Part shown: positions 50,246 to 59,914 of the stretch, one piece after another
Position numbering within the stretch: position 1 is the stretch's first letter
Layout: the number at the start of each line of letters is the position of its first letter
From: Candidatus Bathyarchaeota archaeon
GTDB taxonomy: Archaea; Thermoproteota; Bathyarchaeia; Bathyarchaeales; Bathycorpusculaceae
Reading direction: 5' to 3'
Length of the DNA stretch: 64,000 nt
Assembly: GCA_963782525.1 (NCBI GenBank)
Contig: CAWAKC010000011.1
Location: 64,001 to 128,000, forward strand
Notes under the pieces: generated by a model
The model's database searches: none
What the model saw: only the letters and a program-made list of their open reading frames with translations
Told to the model about the DNA's origin: nothing
Made by a program: the position numbers and the translations under genes

Positions 50246-50941
50246 TTACCTTAGCCTTTTGTCGCAGTATGGACAGATGTTTTGGTCGTTTCTCACGGCT
50301 CTTTTGCAGTGAGGGCAAATCTTCGTATAAGGGGCCGGTCGGCTGTAACTTGAGGGCTGGGTAGAACGCGAGGTCACAGTTGGACTTGAGGATTGCGGAC
50401 GATAACTGGAACTTGGCGGTTGACCATATCGCGTGGGTCCGGTCGATTTTGGTGGCTGTTGACTTTGGTATGAAGATTGATTATACCGAGAAGATACCGC
50501 AGACCTATTTGATGCGCCAGGCAATTCTTGTGTGTTAATCGGCTGTTCTTCATCAAGCAGCATTTTTCCCTTGCCACGTCTTAAATAAAAGAATGCCGCA
50601 GGAACTGCGAACGCTACTAATGCTATTACAACTAAGCCGATTGCAAGAGGAGACCAAAATCCGCTGCCTGCAACTGTTGGGCTCTTGGTTGGGTTATTTG
50701 TAGAAAAATTCCATGGGAACTCCGTTGGGGAAGGTGAAGGTGAAGAAGGAGCCGATTGAGTCGGAGTAGCGAAAGGGGTAGGGGTTGGTGTTGAGGGTGA
50801 CAAAGTCGGAATACGCGGATAACCTTGAGCGTTTGTTACTGGCGCTAATGTTATCGTTGAAGTTATTATGCTCAGAACTAATACTGCAAGAGTTATTTTT
50901 ACTAAATATTTCTTCAAACCCACAGGAGACTTTTCCAACAT
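50246..50941 (-). CDS. membrane protein with P/S/T linker and C-terminal zinc ribbon
   Basis: Signal peptide, TM segment, CPHC...CPYC. Confidence 0.75.
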   Translation of the reverse strand: MLEKSPVGLKKYLVKITLAVLVLSIITSTITLAPVTNAQGYPRIPTLSPSTPTPTPFATPTQSAPSSPSPSPTEFPWNFSTNNPTKSPTVAGSGFWSPLAIGLVVIALVAFAVPAAFFYLRRGKGKMLLDEEQPINTQELPGASNRSAVSSRYNQSSYQSQQPPKSTGPTRYGQPPSSSYRPQSSSPTVTSRSTQPSSYSRPAPYTKICPHCKRAVRNDQNICPYCDKRLR

Positions 50942-51450
50942 AACCTCTCTCCCACAATACCTATGACTCTCTTGCAGATTTAACACTTTGCCAAAAACAA
51001 GACGCGGTGGCTCCGAAATTGTTCAATCTTTTTGTGCGAGCTGTTGGGCTTTGCTTTGGGAAGTTGCGTTTTATCCTTTCCGTTAACTTTTAAAAACTTG
51101 CATAAAGCCCATTAAAAACGTCTCTAATTAGCGACATAGAAGAGAAGTTGTTGTTGTTGTTGTTGTTGCAACTGCATTTTGCAGACCGATTGCAACAACA
51201 ATCAAAGACAAACCCAAATTGCAACGCTAATTCCTTAAGCAAAGATGACAAAACCGTAACCACAACAAACCCAGAGAAGATGCTGCTGCTGATGCTGCTG
51301 CAAACCAATTCACCCCAGCTGTTGCAACAATCAAACCATCTTTAACAAACCCAAATCAGAACGGCTAATTCACTTTTGGGGGCTCTTAACATAAAACTTT
51401 CCGCAAACCAAATAAGTTCAACTTGCCAAAGAAACGAGCGGTTGAAGGAT

Positions 51451-51948
51451 ATGCCACAGTTTAATGTTAACCCAAGCCGAATTGATCCATACAAGAAATT
51501 CAAATTCCTAATCAAATGGGACAATAAAGTCGTTGCAGGCGTCTCAAAGATGAGTCCACTAAAACGTACCACAGACGTTATCTTGCACCGCGAAGGCGGA
51601 GACGCAAACGTCGAGCGGAAATCGCCTGGCAAAACCCACTACGACTCCATCACTTTGGAGAGAGGCGTAACGCACGACCCAGAATTTGAAGCTTGGGCAA
51701 ATTTGGTTTTTAATAAGAATAGCGGGTCGATGTCTCTTAAGAACTTCCGCAAAGACATCGTCATAGAACTACTCAACGAAGCTGGAGTTCCCGCGATTGC
51801 CTACAAGGTTTATCGATGCTGGGTCTCAGAGTACACTGCCTTGCCCGAGCTGGATGCGGGCGAAAACGCTGTTGCCATTCAAAGCATAACTATTGAGCAT
51901 GAAGGCTGGGAAAGAGACCCAGGCGTAGTTGAACCCAAAGAAACATAA
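51451..51948 (+). CDS. T4 gp19-like phage/eCIS tail tube protein
   Basis: DPYKKFKF, HREGG, SPGKTHYDSITLERGVT, FEAWA, RKDI.IELLNEAG, ELDA..NAVAIQ...EHEGWERD. Confidence 0.9.
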   Translation: MPQFNVNPSRIDPYKKFKFLIKWDNKVVAGVSKMSPLKRTTDVILHREGGDANVERKSPGKTHYDSITLERGVTHDPEFEAWANLVFNKNSGSMSLKNFRKDIVIELLNEAGVPAIAYKVYRCWVSEYTALPELDAGENAVAIQSITIEHEGWERDPGVVEPKET

Positions 51949-51968
51949 ATGCCTGGTAGGATGCACAT

Positions 51969-52646
51969 TTGCCAAGCCAACCCAGCATAAACAGAGGAAC
52001 CCTAATCCTGCTTGCCCCAAACGCCAAAGACGCAAACATCTCCGTCACAAACGTGTTTTTCACTTTCCAGTACAACCCAGAAAAACTGTTACACACATTC
52101 AACCAAAACACGCCCAACGCAGCCGCAAACCCATCCGCCAACGTACAAGGCGTCCCAACAGAATATTTCAACCTAACATTCGAACTCGACAGCGTCGACT
52201 TAGACTCATCTTCGCAAAGTCAGAGTTCAGCAGGTCTAGGCTTGCACCCAGGGTTGGCTATGCTGGAGCTGATGATGCAGCCGCAGGTAGTAGGAAAACA
52301 AACTTTTTTGCCCATCGTTGTGTTTAAGTGGGGAGCAAAACGGTCCGTAGCAGTTCGCTTGGTGGGCATGAGTGTTGAAGAAAAATCTTTTGATATGACA
52401 TTGAATCCTACGAGGGCAACCGTTAGCTTATCTCTAAGAGTTCTTGACGCCTCAGAAGTCAACAATAATCCAGGTGCTCGCAACGTCTATTCGAGCCATC
52501 AGAATACGCAGGCAAGTTTAGTGGATGCTTACAAACTGCAAACGGGGCAAGGTATCGGTATAGGTGCCAGCGGCGCAGCAGGTCTCTCAGGGTCAGCGGC
52601 GATGGCTGCTTCGGCAGGCCAAAATAACCAAAAAGTAACGGTTTGA
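51969..52646 (+). CDS. contractile injection system tube-initiator-like protein (Afp7/Pvc7-like, no LysM)
   Basis: FQYNPEKL, L.FELD, P.VVFKWG, SVEEKSFD..LNPTRATVSLSL. Confidence 0.75.
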   Translation: MPSQPSINRGTLILLAPNAKDANISVTNVFFTFQYNPEKLLHTFNQNTPNAAANPSANVQGVPTEYFNLTFELDSVDLDSSSQSQSSAGLGLHPGLAMLELMMQPQVVGKQTFLPIVVFKWGAKRSVAVRLVGMSVEEKSFDMTLNPTRATVSLSLRVLDASEVNNNPGARNVYSSHQNTQASLVDAYKLQTGQGIGIGASGAAGLSGSAAMAASAGQNNQKVTV

Positions 52647-52846
52647 GAGAACATTTTCTTTACAAATTCATAATAGTTAAGAACAAATCTCAACCACTTT
52701 TAAATTTAACTATTTCACTTATTTTATTAAGCTGGTGTATATTGGAGAAAAAACGGGAAAAAACCGAAAAAAGAGAAGAACTTTACTTTTTCGTACATGT
52801 ATGAACTGTACGTTTTTTTAATGCCAAAATCCCCCGGTAATTGTCA

Positions 52847-54055
52847 CTAGAAACTCACAAAATTGAACCCAATTATCGACACAACGCCCCATAAATTAAC
52901 CGAGATGCTTAGAATAATCAGGGCTTTTTCTTCCCAACCAAGATTTTCCCTCATGCCCTTTGCAACGAGCAACATTAGAAAGGGTGTGAAGTCGAGGCTG
53001 AATCGATAGCCAAACTGGGTAAAGCCAACGGTACCATGGGTGATTAAGATGGGCAGAATGCATGCAACAGCTAAAGCAGCGTATTTGCTTAGGCGGTTCC
53101 AGGGTCCCTTGAAGATGTAAATGAAGGCAGGTGTGGTAAAGAATAATCCTAGTCCAATCCAGTTGGGTTCAAAATATGGGAATTTGCTGAGGAGTATTGG
53201 TCCTTGGAAGAGGATGGCGTAGATGTGGCGGGGGATGTAGCTTAAGCTGAAGATGCCGTTTGTGAAGTAGGGGTCTTGCTGGATGCCGGGGATGAGGTTA
53301 TAGCCCAAATCTGAGAAGACGCCCCAGCGGCCAAAATTGTACATTTCATACAGGCCGACCAATATGCCTAAACCTACCGCAAAATAGGCAGCCTGCTTTA
53401 ACCTGGGTTTCCAAGTGCTGTTCTGCTCATAAATTAGAAGCAGAAAGAACGGGAAAGAGAGGACAACTGGCAGTCGTGAAAGGAACGCACACCCCAACAG
53501 TACTCCGATGAGAAACGGGTTTTTCTTGGAGAGGGCAAGAATTATGGCTAAGGTGAGGAAAAGCACGGCGACAACATGCTCGATGTACCAAGCTGAACCG
53601 ACAGATGCAATGAACCAAAAACAAGTTCCGAAGCCAAAAAGAGCCGTCAGCCACAGCGCCTTGTTACCATTTACACCAGTTTTCTTCAGCATAAACCATG
53701 TCGCTGCGACACAGATGCATGCCAAAAATACAGACATTAATCCCTGATCAAAGCCAGTTCCAAAAATTGCTACGAATGGCAAGAGAAGAACTGCAGGCAT
53801 TGGAGGATAAACAACGTAGTAGTTGCCGTTGAATGGGACGATTTCAGCAAGCGATGTTCCTCCATCTGTCACTCCTAATCTGCCATGGAGGAATGCGTCA
53901 GCTAAATAAACAAAGTGGTTTTGTCCAGGCGGTGGACCTTTGGAGAGCAAGAAAACAATCAGGGATATGAGCGCTATGATGATGAGTTTGTAGCGAAGCC
54001 TTAAAGAAGCAACATCTTGGTACACTTGCTTCAGCGTCTCGATGGTTTTGCTCAT
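52847..54055 (-). CDS. multi-pass membrane protein, GT-C glycosyltransferase-like
   Basis: YLADAFLHGRL, YYVVYPPMPA, YNFGRWG, GYRFSLD; about 10 TM segments. Confidence 0.7.
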   Translation of the reverse strand: MSKTIETLKQVYQDVASLRLRYKLIIIALISLIVFLLSKGPPPGQNHFVYLADAFLHGRLGVTDGGTSLAEIVPFNGNYYVVYPPMPAVLLLPFVAIFGTGFDQGLMSVFLACICVAATWFMLKKTGVNGNKALWLTALFGFGTCFWFIASVGSAWYIEHVVAVLFLTLAIILALSKKNPFLIGVLLGCAFLSRLPVVLSFPFFLLLIYEQNSTWKPRLKQAAYFAVGLGILVGLYEMYNFGRWGVFSDLGYNLIPGIQQDPYFTNGIFSLSYIPRHIYAILFQGPILLSKFPYFEPNWIGLGLFFTTPAFIYIFKGPWNRLSKYAALAVACILPILITHGTVGFTQFGYRFSLDFTPFLMLLVAKGMRENLGWEEKALIILSISVNLWGVVSIIGFNFVSF

Positions 54056-54202
54056 TGTTTACCGTCTGGATTTTTGAATTGTGAGGAAATCGGATTTAAG
54101 GCTTTAGTTTAAAAAGAGTAATAGATGAATTTTTAAAGGAAAGCATAGGTGAAAAATTTTGTTGGGCGCAGATTTGCTTTGCGTCCATTTCTTTGGGGGA
54201 AA

Positions 54203-54622
54203 TTAGGCTTTGGGTTGTTTTTTGAAGTATTCCTTTAGTGGTTCCCAGTAGAATTCTGTCCAGCCCTCAGTGGTCTCATCCTTTTGGTCTTTAGGAACAT
54301 TCGAATGTACCATCACTATTTCTGTTCCTTTAGGCACCGCACAAAAAGTCAGCTCCAACTTTGAAGGCAAAGCCCCTTCTGGAAAATCTGTTGAAGTCCA
54401 TTCTTGAACAACACGTTTCCCATCTTCCAGCTCGAGAAATTTGCCTGAAATGTACCCGTCCACGCGGTGAATTTGCCGCCGACCACTGGTTTGCCTGTGG
54501 CTTCGCTACCTGTGAATTCACTATGTTTTATCGGGTCCACATATGCGTCGTAGACTTGTTTGGGGGTGACTTTTGGAATGGTTATTTTTTGAGTTATTGT
54601 TATAGCTTCTAACGTGTTCAAA
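54203..54622 (-). pseudogene. SRPBCC/AHA1 (Aha1-like) protein, frameshifted near 54462
   Basis: ...VGGKFTAW | DGYISGKFLELE..RVVQEW...GWTEFYWEPLK split over two frames by one missing G. Confidence 0.8.
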
Positions 54623-54694
54623 ATATACACAACCACTAAACAGTAGGTTGGAAGGGTTTTTTAACTTTCACGCTTAAAGTATGAGCGAGCAAAA

Positions 54695-54913
54695 ATGGGA
54701 AGATGTACGGTTACTAAAGGTCAACGTCAACTGGGCAGAAAGATTCACAAGCTTGAGAATAGCGTGGAATTAAGTAGCAAAGAAGGCAAGGCAAAGCTAG
54801 ATGAGCAGAAGTTTAAGCAGAAAACACAAGCCACTCAAGGTTACGTAAGTGATTCGCCAGTCCAAAACTTACGCGACCCAGCAAAATGGAAGAAAGACGA
54901 AACCAAAACTTAG
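54695..54913 (+). CDS. small basic hypothetical protein
   Basis: 72-aa K-rich ORF with ATG start. Confidence 0.55.
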   Translation: MGRCTVTKGQRQLGRKIHKLENSVELSSKEGKAKLDEQKFKQKTQATQGYVSDSPVQNLRDPAKWKKDETKT

Positions 54914-55008
54914 CCAACCTACTTGAATCCCTAACAGAACTTCTATGCAGAAACTTAACGCAAGATAGCGTCAATGAGAAGATCGGCATGATTAAACCCT
55001 TCAAGCGC

Positions 55009-55149
55009 TTAGTCGTCGATTGCTTCAATCATCTCTTTGCCGCAGCACCAAGGCGCCTTATCCACGTTACGTTTAACATCGCCCGTACATGAAACCTCAA
55101 ACTCGCAACGCATTTTGCGACCGCATACAGAACATTCGAATAACGGCAT
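55009..55149 (-). CDS. small Cys-rich metal-binding protein (desulforedoxin-like; not in ORF track)
   Basis: MPLFECSVCGRKMRCEFEVSCTG...PWCCGKEM. Confidence 0.7.
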   Translation of the reverse strand: MPLFECSVCGRKMRCEFEVSCTGDVKRNVDKAPWCCGKEMIEAIDD

Positions 55150-55223
55150 TTCAAACATCAATCAAGTGAGAAAAGGACGCTTAAATATGTCGCGACACTA
55201 TCAAACTAGAGGAGATTGTTTTT

Positions 55224-55529
55224 ATGGCTAGTTTTTCTGTTTCTTTACCTGTAAAATGGGCAGAATTTTTGAAGGGTTTAGCTGACGACCACGACGTAGA
55301 CGTTGGCAAGGTTATTAGTGGGTTGTGTGAATGGGCTTTTTCCAGCGCTGATTATAAGGTGCAGTTTGAGGTTTGGTTGGATAAGGCTTATCCGCCAAAA
55401 GGGCAAGCTGAGGATAAAGCAAGTGCTGAAGGCGAAGAAAAAAGCGAAACTGAAGAAGAAAACGAAAACGAAGAAGAAGAGGAAGCTCACGAGGACCGCG
55501 ATTACAATGAAGACAAACTAAACCCTTGA
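55224..55529 (+). CDS. hypothetical protein with acidic tail
   Basis: GAGGAG upstream; ribbon-helix-helix-like N-terminus; E-rich C-terminus. Confidence 0.7.
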   Translation: MASFSVSLPVKWAEFLKGLADDHDVDVGKVISGLCEWAFSSADYKVQFEVWLDKAYPPKGQAEDKASAEGEEKSETEEENENEEEEEAHEDRDYNEDKLNP

Positions 55530-55586
55530 GCGTGAATTATCCAAATTAATTTCTCCAAAAAAACCGCAAGCTGAGGTGAAACCTGC

Positions 55587-55784
55587 ATGAGTGAAAATGA
55601 AAAAAAGAAATCTGGCGAGCAAGAAGTACCAACACAAACTACCCACCTAAAAAAACAACAAGGACGATACAGTGGAGGGAGCAAAAAAGAACCTGAGAAA
55701 CTTAACGAAGCCGAAACAGGACTCAGACAATCTCGCGGAAAAAAACAACGACGACAATTCAAACTTGCACCTAACAGAGGGTAA
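55587..55784 (+). CDS. small hydrophilic basic protein
   Basis: GAGGTGA upstream of ATG; 65 aa. Confidence 0.6.
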   Translation: MSENEKKKSGEQEVPTQTTHLKKQQGRYSGGSKKEPEKLNEAETGLRQSRGKKQRRQFKLAPNRG

Positions 55785-55868
55785 AATCCATTTCTGGTTT
55801 CGGCGCTCAGATTTGAATTTCCCTAATTTTTTTGTTTTTGCATTAAACTGTTTTTAGAGGTGATATGA

Positions 55869-55994
55869 ATGTCAAAAGAGAAGAAAAAAGTTGAAAATGT
55901 TGCTGAAAAATCAGGAGAAGCAGTCGGTCGAGGCGTCAAGAAGAGTACTAAAGCCGTGAATGATTTTGCAAAAGGAATCAAGAAAGAAAAATAA
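55869..55994 (+). CDS. 41-aa hydrophilic protein (not in ORF track)
   Basis: GAGGTGA SD; MSKEKKKVENVAEKSGEAVGRGVKKSTKAVNDFAKGIKKEK. Confidence 0.65.
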   Translation: MSKEKKKVENVAEKSGEAVGRGVKKSTKAVNDFAKGIKKEK

Positions 55995-56259
55995 GAGCCC
56001 AAAATTCTCCTTTCTCCTAAATAAAAAGAAAGTTATTATTTTTTTATGTCAATTCGTAGATTAAGTTCAATCGATAAGGTCGAGCCTGAATTTTCAACTG
56101 CATACCGCTTTGTTGCTGTGGTGCCCTGCCTACACATGTTTAATAGCCCTTTTATGTTACATAGGACTTAATTGTGGAGTTAGGGATTTTGGGCGCGATA
56201 GATGATGTCATTCATTTCATTACTTCGGGAACCATACCGGTTTACCAACAATAGTTGTT

Positions 56260-56514
56260 ATGATTCTTCCATTCATAGTTGGTTTGATCGTTGGCTATTT
56301 GGTCCATAAATCCTTAAAAATTGCAATTGTTGCCGCGGTCATACTTGTGATAGTTGCCTACTTGGGCTTTTTCGGTCTGAGTCTTGGCACCTTAAAATCT
56401 CTCTCAGACAAATATGGTCCAATTGCCATCCAATATAGTACGCTCCTCATAGGTATACTGCCGTTAGGTCTTGGTTTCATAGTAGGTTTAATCATCGGCT
56501 TCATTTTCTCTTAA
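56260..56514 (+). CDS. small membrane protein (FUN14-like); N-terminus possibly frameshifted from TTG 56189
   Basis: FIVGLIVGYLVHKSLKIA...GFIVGLIIGF. Confidence 0.7.
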   Translation: MILPFIVGLIVGYLVHKSLKIAIVAAVILVIVAYLGFFGLSLGTLKSLSDKYGPIAIQYSTLLIGILPLGLGFIVGLIIGFIFS

Positions 56515-56658
56515 ATAAATGTCAAGGTAAAGAAGATACTGTGGAGCTAACAGATTGATTCGGTTCAAGAGAGCGTTAGGTTTAAAGGAAGCGCAAGAGT
56601 AACTTCATTAAAAACTAACCCGTTTTTATTAAATCCCAAAATTCCGTGGTCTTAAAGG

Positions 56659-57687
56659 ATGACACAAGTAACCCAAAATTCTGTTTTAGAAAAAAAAACG
56701 CCGCATCTCTCCGAAAACTTTCGGATGGGGTTTAGAGTTTATAGTGGATTGATCTCAAACCTTTTGGGTGCAAAAGTTCCATTTTTCTGCGGCCACAAAT
56801 TGACGTACAACTGCAACCTCCGTTGCAAGATGTGTCCCTTTTGGAGAAGACCCAGCCCAGACCCAAGCTTGGAACAGGAAAAAAAGGTCCTTAAGGAAAT
56901 TTATCGTTCAGGCGCCGTAGGGGTCGCTTTTGAAGGTGGGGAACCGCTGCTTAGGTCTGATTTGGTGGAGATTCTTGCTTTTTCCCGGTCTTTACCTCTG
57001 CATACTAGCCTGATAACCAACGGTACACTCCTTGAATCCAAGATAAATCAGATAGCTCCGTACATTAACGGTGTTGTTTATGTTTCGCTTGATGGGTTGG
57101 AGAAAACTCATGATTCAATCCGAGGGGTAAATGGAAGTTTTAAGAAAGCGATTCGAGGCATAAATGCAGCGAAAGAAAAAGTTGCCGTAACCATCAACAC
57201 CACAGTGATGGCTGAAAACATCGATGAAATAGAAAGCTTAGTGCGGTTGGCTAAAAAGCTGGGTATCAAAATATCAGTGGCTGTGGCTCACGAGTACTGC
57301 AACGCTAACGCATCTTCACCTGCCACCGATAAAATACCGAAAATCGCTCGAAAGCTTATGCAGATGAAGCGAGAAGGCTTCCCCATCGTTAATTCAATCG
57401 GCTACTTTAGGGTAATGGCTAAAGAGAAAAACTGGCATTGCAAACCATGGACGATGATAAACATCGACCCTCATGGAAAAGTTGTTTTGCCCTGTTATGT
57501 CCACAACGATTATGCGAGCAGCGTCTCGGTTTTTGAGGGTGGGATTAAGAGGGCTGTTTCTGATTTTGACTGGAAAAAAATAGAAAACTGCCAAAAATGC
57601 AGCCTGCATTGTTATGTTGAGCCTTCTTTGGTGCTTTCAAAAGATATTAGTGCGTACTTGCATTGGGCATTTCGAGTTAGCGTCTAA
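56659..57687 (+). CDS. radical SAM/SPASM-twitch protein (PTO1314-like)
   Basis: HKLTYNCNLRCKMC, EGGEP, TNG, VSLDG; C-terminal C..PC..CQKC..HC. Confidence 0.88.
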   Translation: MTQVTQNSVLEKKTPHLSENFRMGFRVYSGLISNLLGAKVPFFCGHKLTYNCNLRCKMCPFWRRPSPDPSLEQEKKVLKEIYRSGAVGVAFEGGEPLLRSDLVEILAFSRSLPLHTSLITNGTLLESKINQIAPYINGVVYVSLDGLEKTHDSIRGVNGSFKKAIRGINAAKEKVAVTINTTVMAENIDEIESLVRLAKKLGIKISVAVAHEYCNANASSPATDKIPKIARKLMQMKREGFPIVNSIGYFRVMAKEKNWHCKPWTMINIDPHGKVVLPCYVHNDYASSVSVFEGGIKRAVSDFDWKKIENCQKCSLHCYVEPSLVLSKDISAYLHWAFRVSV

Positions 57688-58220
57688 TTTTTAGAGTGTT
57701 GAAAGAAAATCTGGTTTGTTATGGCTAAAACGGTAGTTAATCAAGCAAAAAAGCTATTGTCACTAAGTTTTTATTTGATGCAATAATAAAATTGTTTGTG
57801 GGTTTAAGAGAAGAGAGAGAAGGGCTAACTTAAACGCAAGCGAATTCAGGAAGAGAGAGGGGGAAACACTTCGCTTGCATTTAAGCTAACCTTTTCCTTA
57901 CTGAGCATAATGTTCTTTGTAAATAAATAATGATGTGATTGTACTTATACAGCAACACGTTATGAAAATTATATAGAATTAGTTTAGGGGAAAAAAATGG
58001 TTTTATCCTGCTCTTAAGAGTCGATAATTTCTTTGCATCGTGTTTTTTGTTCGTGATGTTGCAGTAATTGCAGTTAAACATCAGATGTTTTTATTGCTTT
58101 GTTAACCTGTAAACAAAACTTAAGGTTAAAGAGGGCTGGAAAGCTTGTTTGTTATTCAGAGAATATTTATATTAGGCTTCATTGTTTAACTGCAAGGAAA
58201 AACCAAAGGATAGAGACTCT

Positions 58221-58685
58221 TTGACGACTCCTCATGACGTTCCAGCTTCAAAATTTATCGATCGTTTAGCAAAGTACCTTAGGGAAAACGTTGACGAAGT
58301 TCAGCCACTACCATGGGCGACTTTCGCTAAAACAGGCATGCATGTTGAGAAGCAGCCGCAAGACCCCAACTGGTGGTACACCAGAAGCGCATCGATTCTG
58401 CGTAAAGTATACATTTACGGTCCAATCGGACTTGAAAAACTACGCGCTGACTACGGCGGCAGAAAGAACAGAGGAAGCAAACCAGACCGCGTAAAAAAAG
58501 CCGGTGGAAGCGGAATTCGCAAGACTCTGCAGCAGCTCGAAACTGCCGGATTAATCCAGATTTCGAAACCTAAAGGAAGAGTAATGACTCCTAAAGGACG
58601 TAAGCTTCTCCAAGAAGTTGCTGGGGACTTATCAAAAGAAATAGTTAAAACTGTACCTGAGCTCAAGAAATATCAAGGCGAATAG
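58221..58685 (+). CDS. rps19e: 30S ribosomal protein S19e
   Basis: WWYTRSASILRKVY, YGG, IRKTLQQLE..GR..T.KG. Confidence 0.96.
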   Translation: MTTPHDVPASKFIDRLAKYLRENVDEVQPLPWATFAKTGMHVEKQPQDPNWWYTRSASILRKVYIYGPIGLEKLRADYGGRKNRGSKPDRVKKAGGSGIRKTLQQLETAGLIQISKPKGRVMTPKGRKLLQEVAGDLSKEIVKTVPELKKYQGE

Positions 58686-58689
58686 GACA

Positions 58690-59019
58690 ATGTCTGATGA
58701 TGAGCTTGAGCAGATTCGTAAACGAAAACTTTTGTCGATGCAAAGTCGCGTAAGTGACGAGCAAAGACAAGCTCAAGCAGAACAGCAGATGGAAGATCAA
58801 AAACAGGCGTTAATGGCTAAGATATTGACACCCGAAGCTCGGCAAAGGCTAAATAACCTGAAAATGGTTAAAAAAGACTTCGCTGAGAACATTGAGATGC
58901 AGCTGATTGAGATGGCGCAAACAGGAAAGTTGCCTATTCCACTGTCAGATGCACAGCTCAAATCTATCCTAGTTCAGCTTCAATCACGGAAGCGAGAGAC
59001 AAAAATTAGAAGGATATAG
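58690..59019 (+). CDS. PDCD5-like DNA-binding protein
   Basis: ELEQIRKRKL..ILTPEARQRL..E.QLI. Confidence 0.92.
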   Translation: MSDDELEQIRKRKLLSMQSRVSDEQRQAQAEQQMEDQKQALMAKILTPEARQRLNNLKMVKKDFAENIEMQLIEMAQTGKLPIPLSDAQLKSILVQLQSRKRETKIRRI

Positions 59020-59022
59020 AAG

Positions 59023-59181
59023 ATGGCCAGAGTTAAACCAACAGCAAAAAAACTCAGATTAGCCAAAGCTGGCAAAGAATCACAGTCTGTTCCAACATGG
59101 GTAATTGCCAGAACTGACGGTAAAGTTAGGAATAATCCTAAGCAGAGACGCAATTGGCGAACCAGGAAAATAAAGGCATAG
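59023..59181 (+). CDS. rpl39e: 50S ribosomal protein L39e (not in ORF track)
   Basis: [16 protein letters not shown]...VPTWVIART...RRNWR. Confidence 0.95.
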   Translation: MARVKPTAKKLRLAKAGKESQSVPTWVIARTDGKVRNNPKQRRNWRTRKIKA

Positions 59182-59196
59182 GAGAATTAGATCGCG

Positions 59197-59676
59197 ATGT
59201 CTAAAGGAACCCAAGCTAAGCAAGTACCAAAAGAAGAAGAACTCGAAGAGTTAGCTGTGCCAGAAGAGGAACCTGAAACCGAAGTTGTTACAAAAGAGCA
59301 GGTTCCAGCTGAAGAAGAAGTTGCACCAGCCGAAGCTGTCAAAGAAGCTAAGCCAAAGAAAAAGAAGAAAGAAGAAGAAATTGTAGAAGAAAGATTCTAT
59401 ACCATCCCATTATCGCGAGCTCTCGTTCGTCCACCAAAGAAACGTGCACCACGAGCAATGCAATTGATCAAAATCTTTGTTACCAAACACATGAAACTTG
59501 CCATTAAGGTTTCTGAAGAAGAGGAAGAAGAGGAACTGCCGCAACTAATCATCAGCAAAGAAGTTAACGAGAAAGTTTGGGACCGCGGCATAGAGAAGCC
59601 TCCACGAAAAATCAAGACACGCGTAACCAAAGACAAAGATGGCAACGTAACCGTCTATTTAGCGGAAACACAATAA
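59197..59676 (+). CDS. rpl31e: 50S ribosomal protein L31e with acidic extension
   Basis: ERFYTIPL, KRAPRA, VNEKVWDRGIEKPPRKI. Confidence 0.93.
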   Translation: MSKGTQAKQVPKEEELEELAVPEEEPETEVVTKEQVPAEEEVAPAEAVKEAKPKKKKKEEEIVEERFYTIPLSRALVRPPKKRAPRAMQLIKIFVTKHMKLAIKVSEEEEEEELPQLIISKEVNEKVWDRGIEKPPRKIKTRVTKDKDGNVTVYLAETQ

Positions 59677-59914
59677 CTGTTTCTTTATTTTTTATTTTAT
59701 TTTTTTGGCTCAGTGGAAACTGTGCGGCTTTAGCCAGATTTTCAACGCACGGTTGAGTGCCCAAAGAACCAAAACAATATCTCTCTCTTAGTCTTTCAAA
59801 GGGCTTTGGTTTGCCATGCTCTAAAGGTTTTTGAGGCTTTATTAACCGCAATCTAAAAAAAGGAGTATCGCATGAAACTTTCGCTAACAGAACATTCATC
59901 AGGAGATTTAATTC

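Noticed and set aside
51451-52646. Provirus
   Set aside because: No capsid, terminase, portal or integrase nearby; the sequences look eCIS-type.
19954-56514. Single-base frameshifts at ~20103 (flavin reductase), ~54462 (SRPBCC) and ~56237 (FUN14-like) as programmed frameshifting
   Set aside because: All sit at short G/C runs in otherwise intact genes with no slippery heptamer; assembly indels or recent lesions are more likely. Needs read inspection.
57690-58180. AT-rich 500-bp gap as a replication origin
   Set aside because: No ORB-like repeats or cdc6/orc1 adjacent; consistent with the ribosomal operon promoter region.
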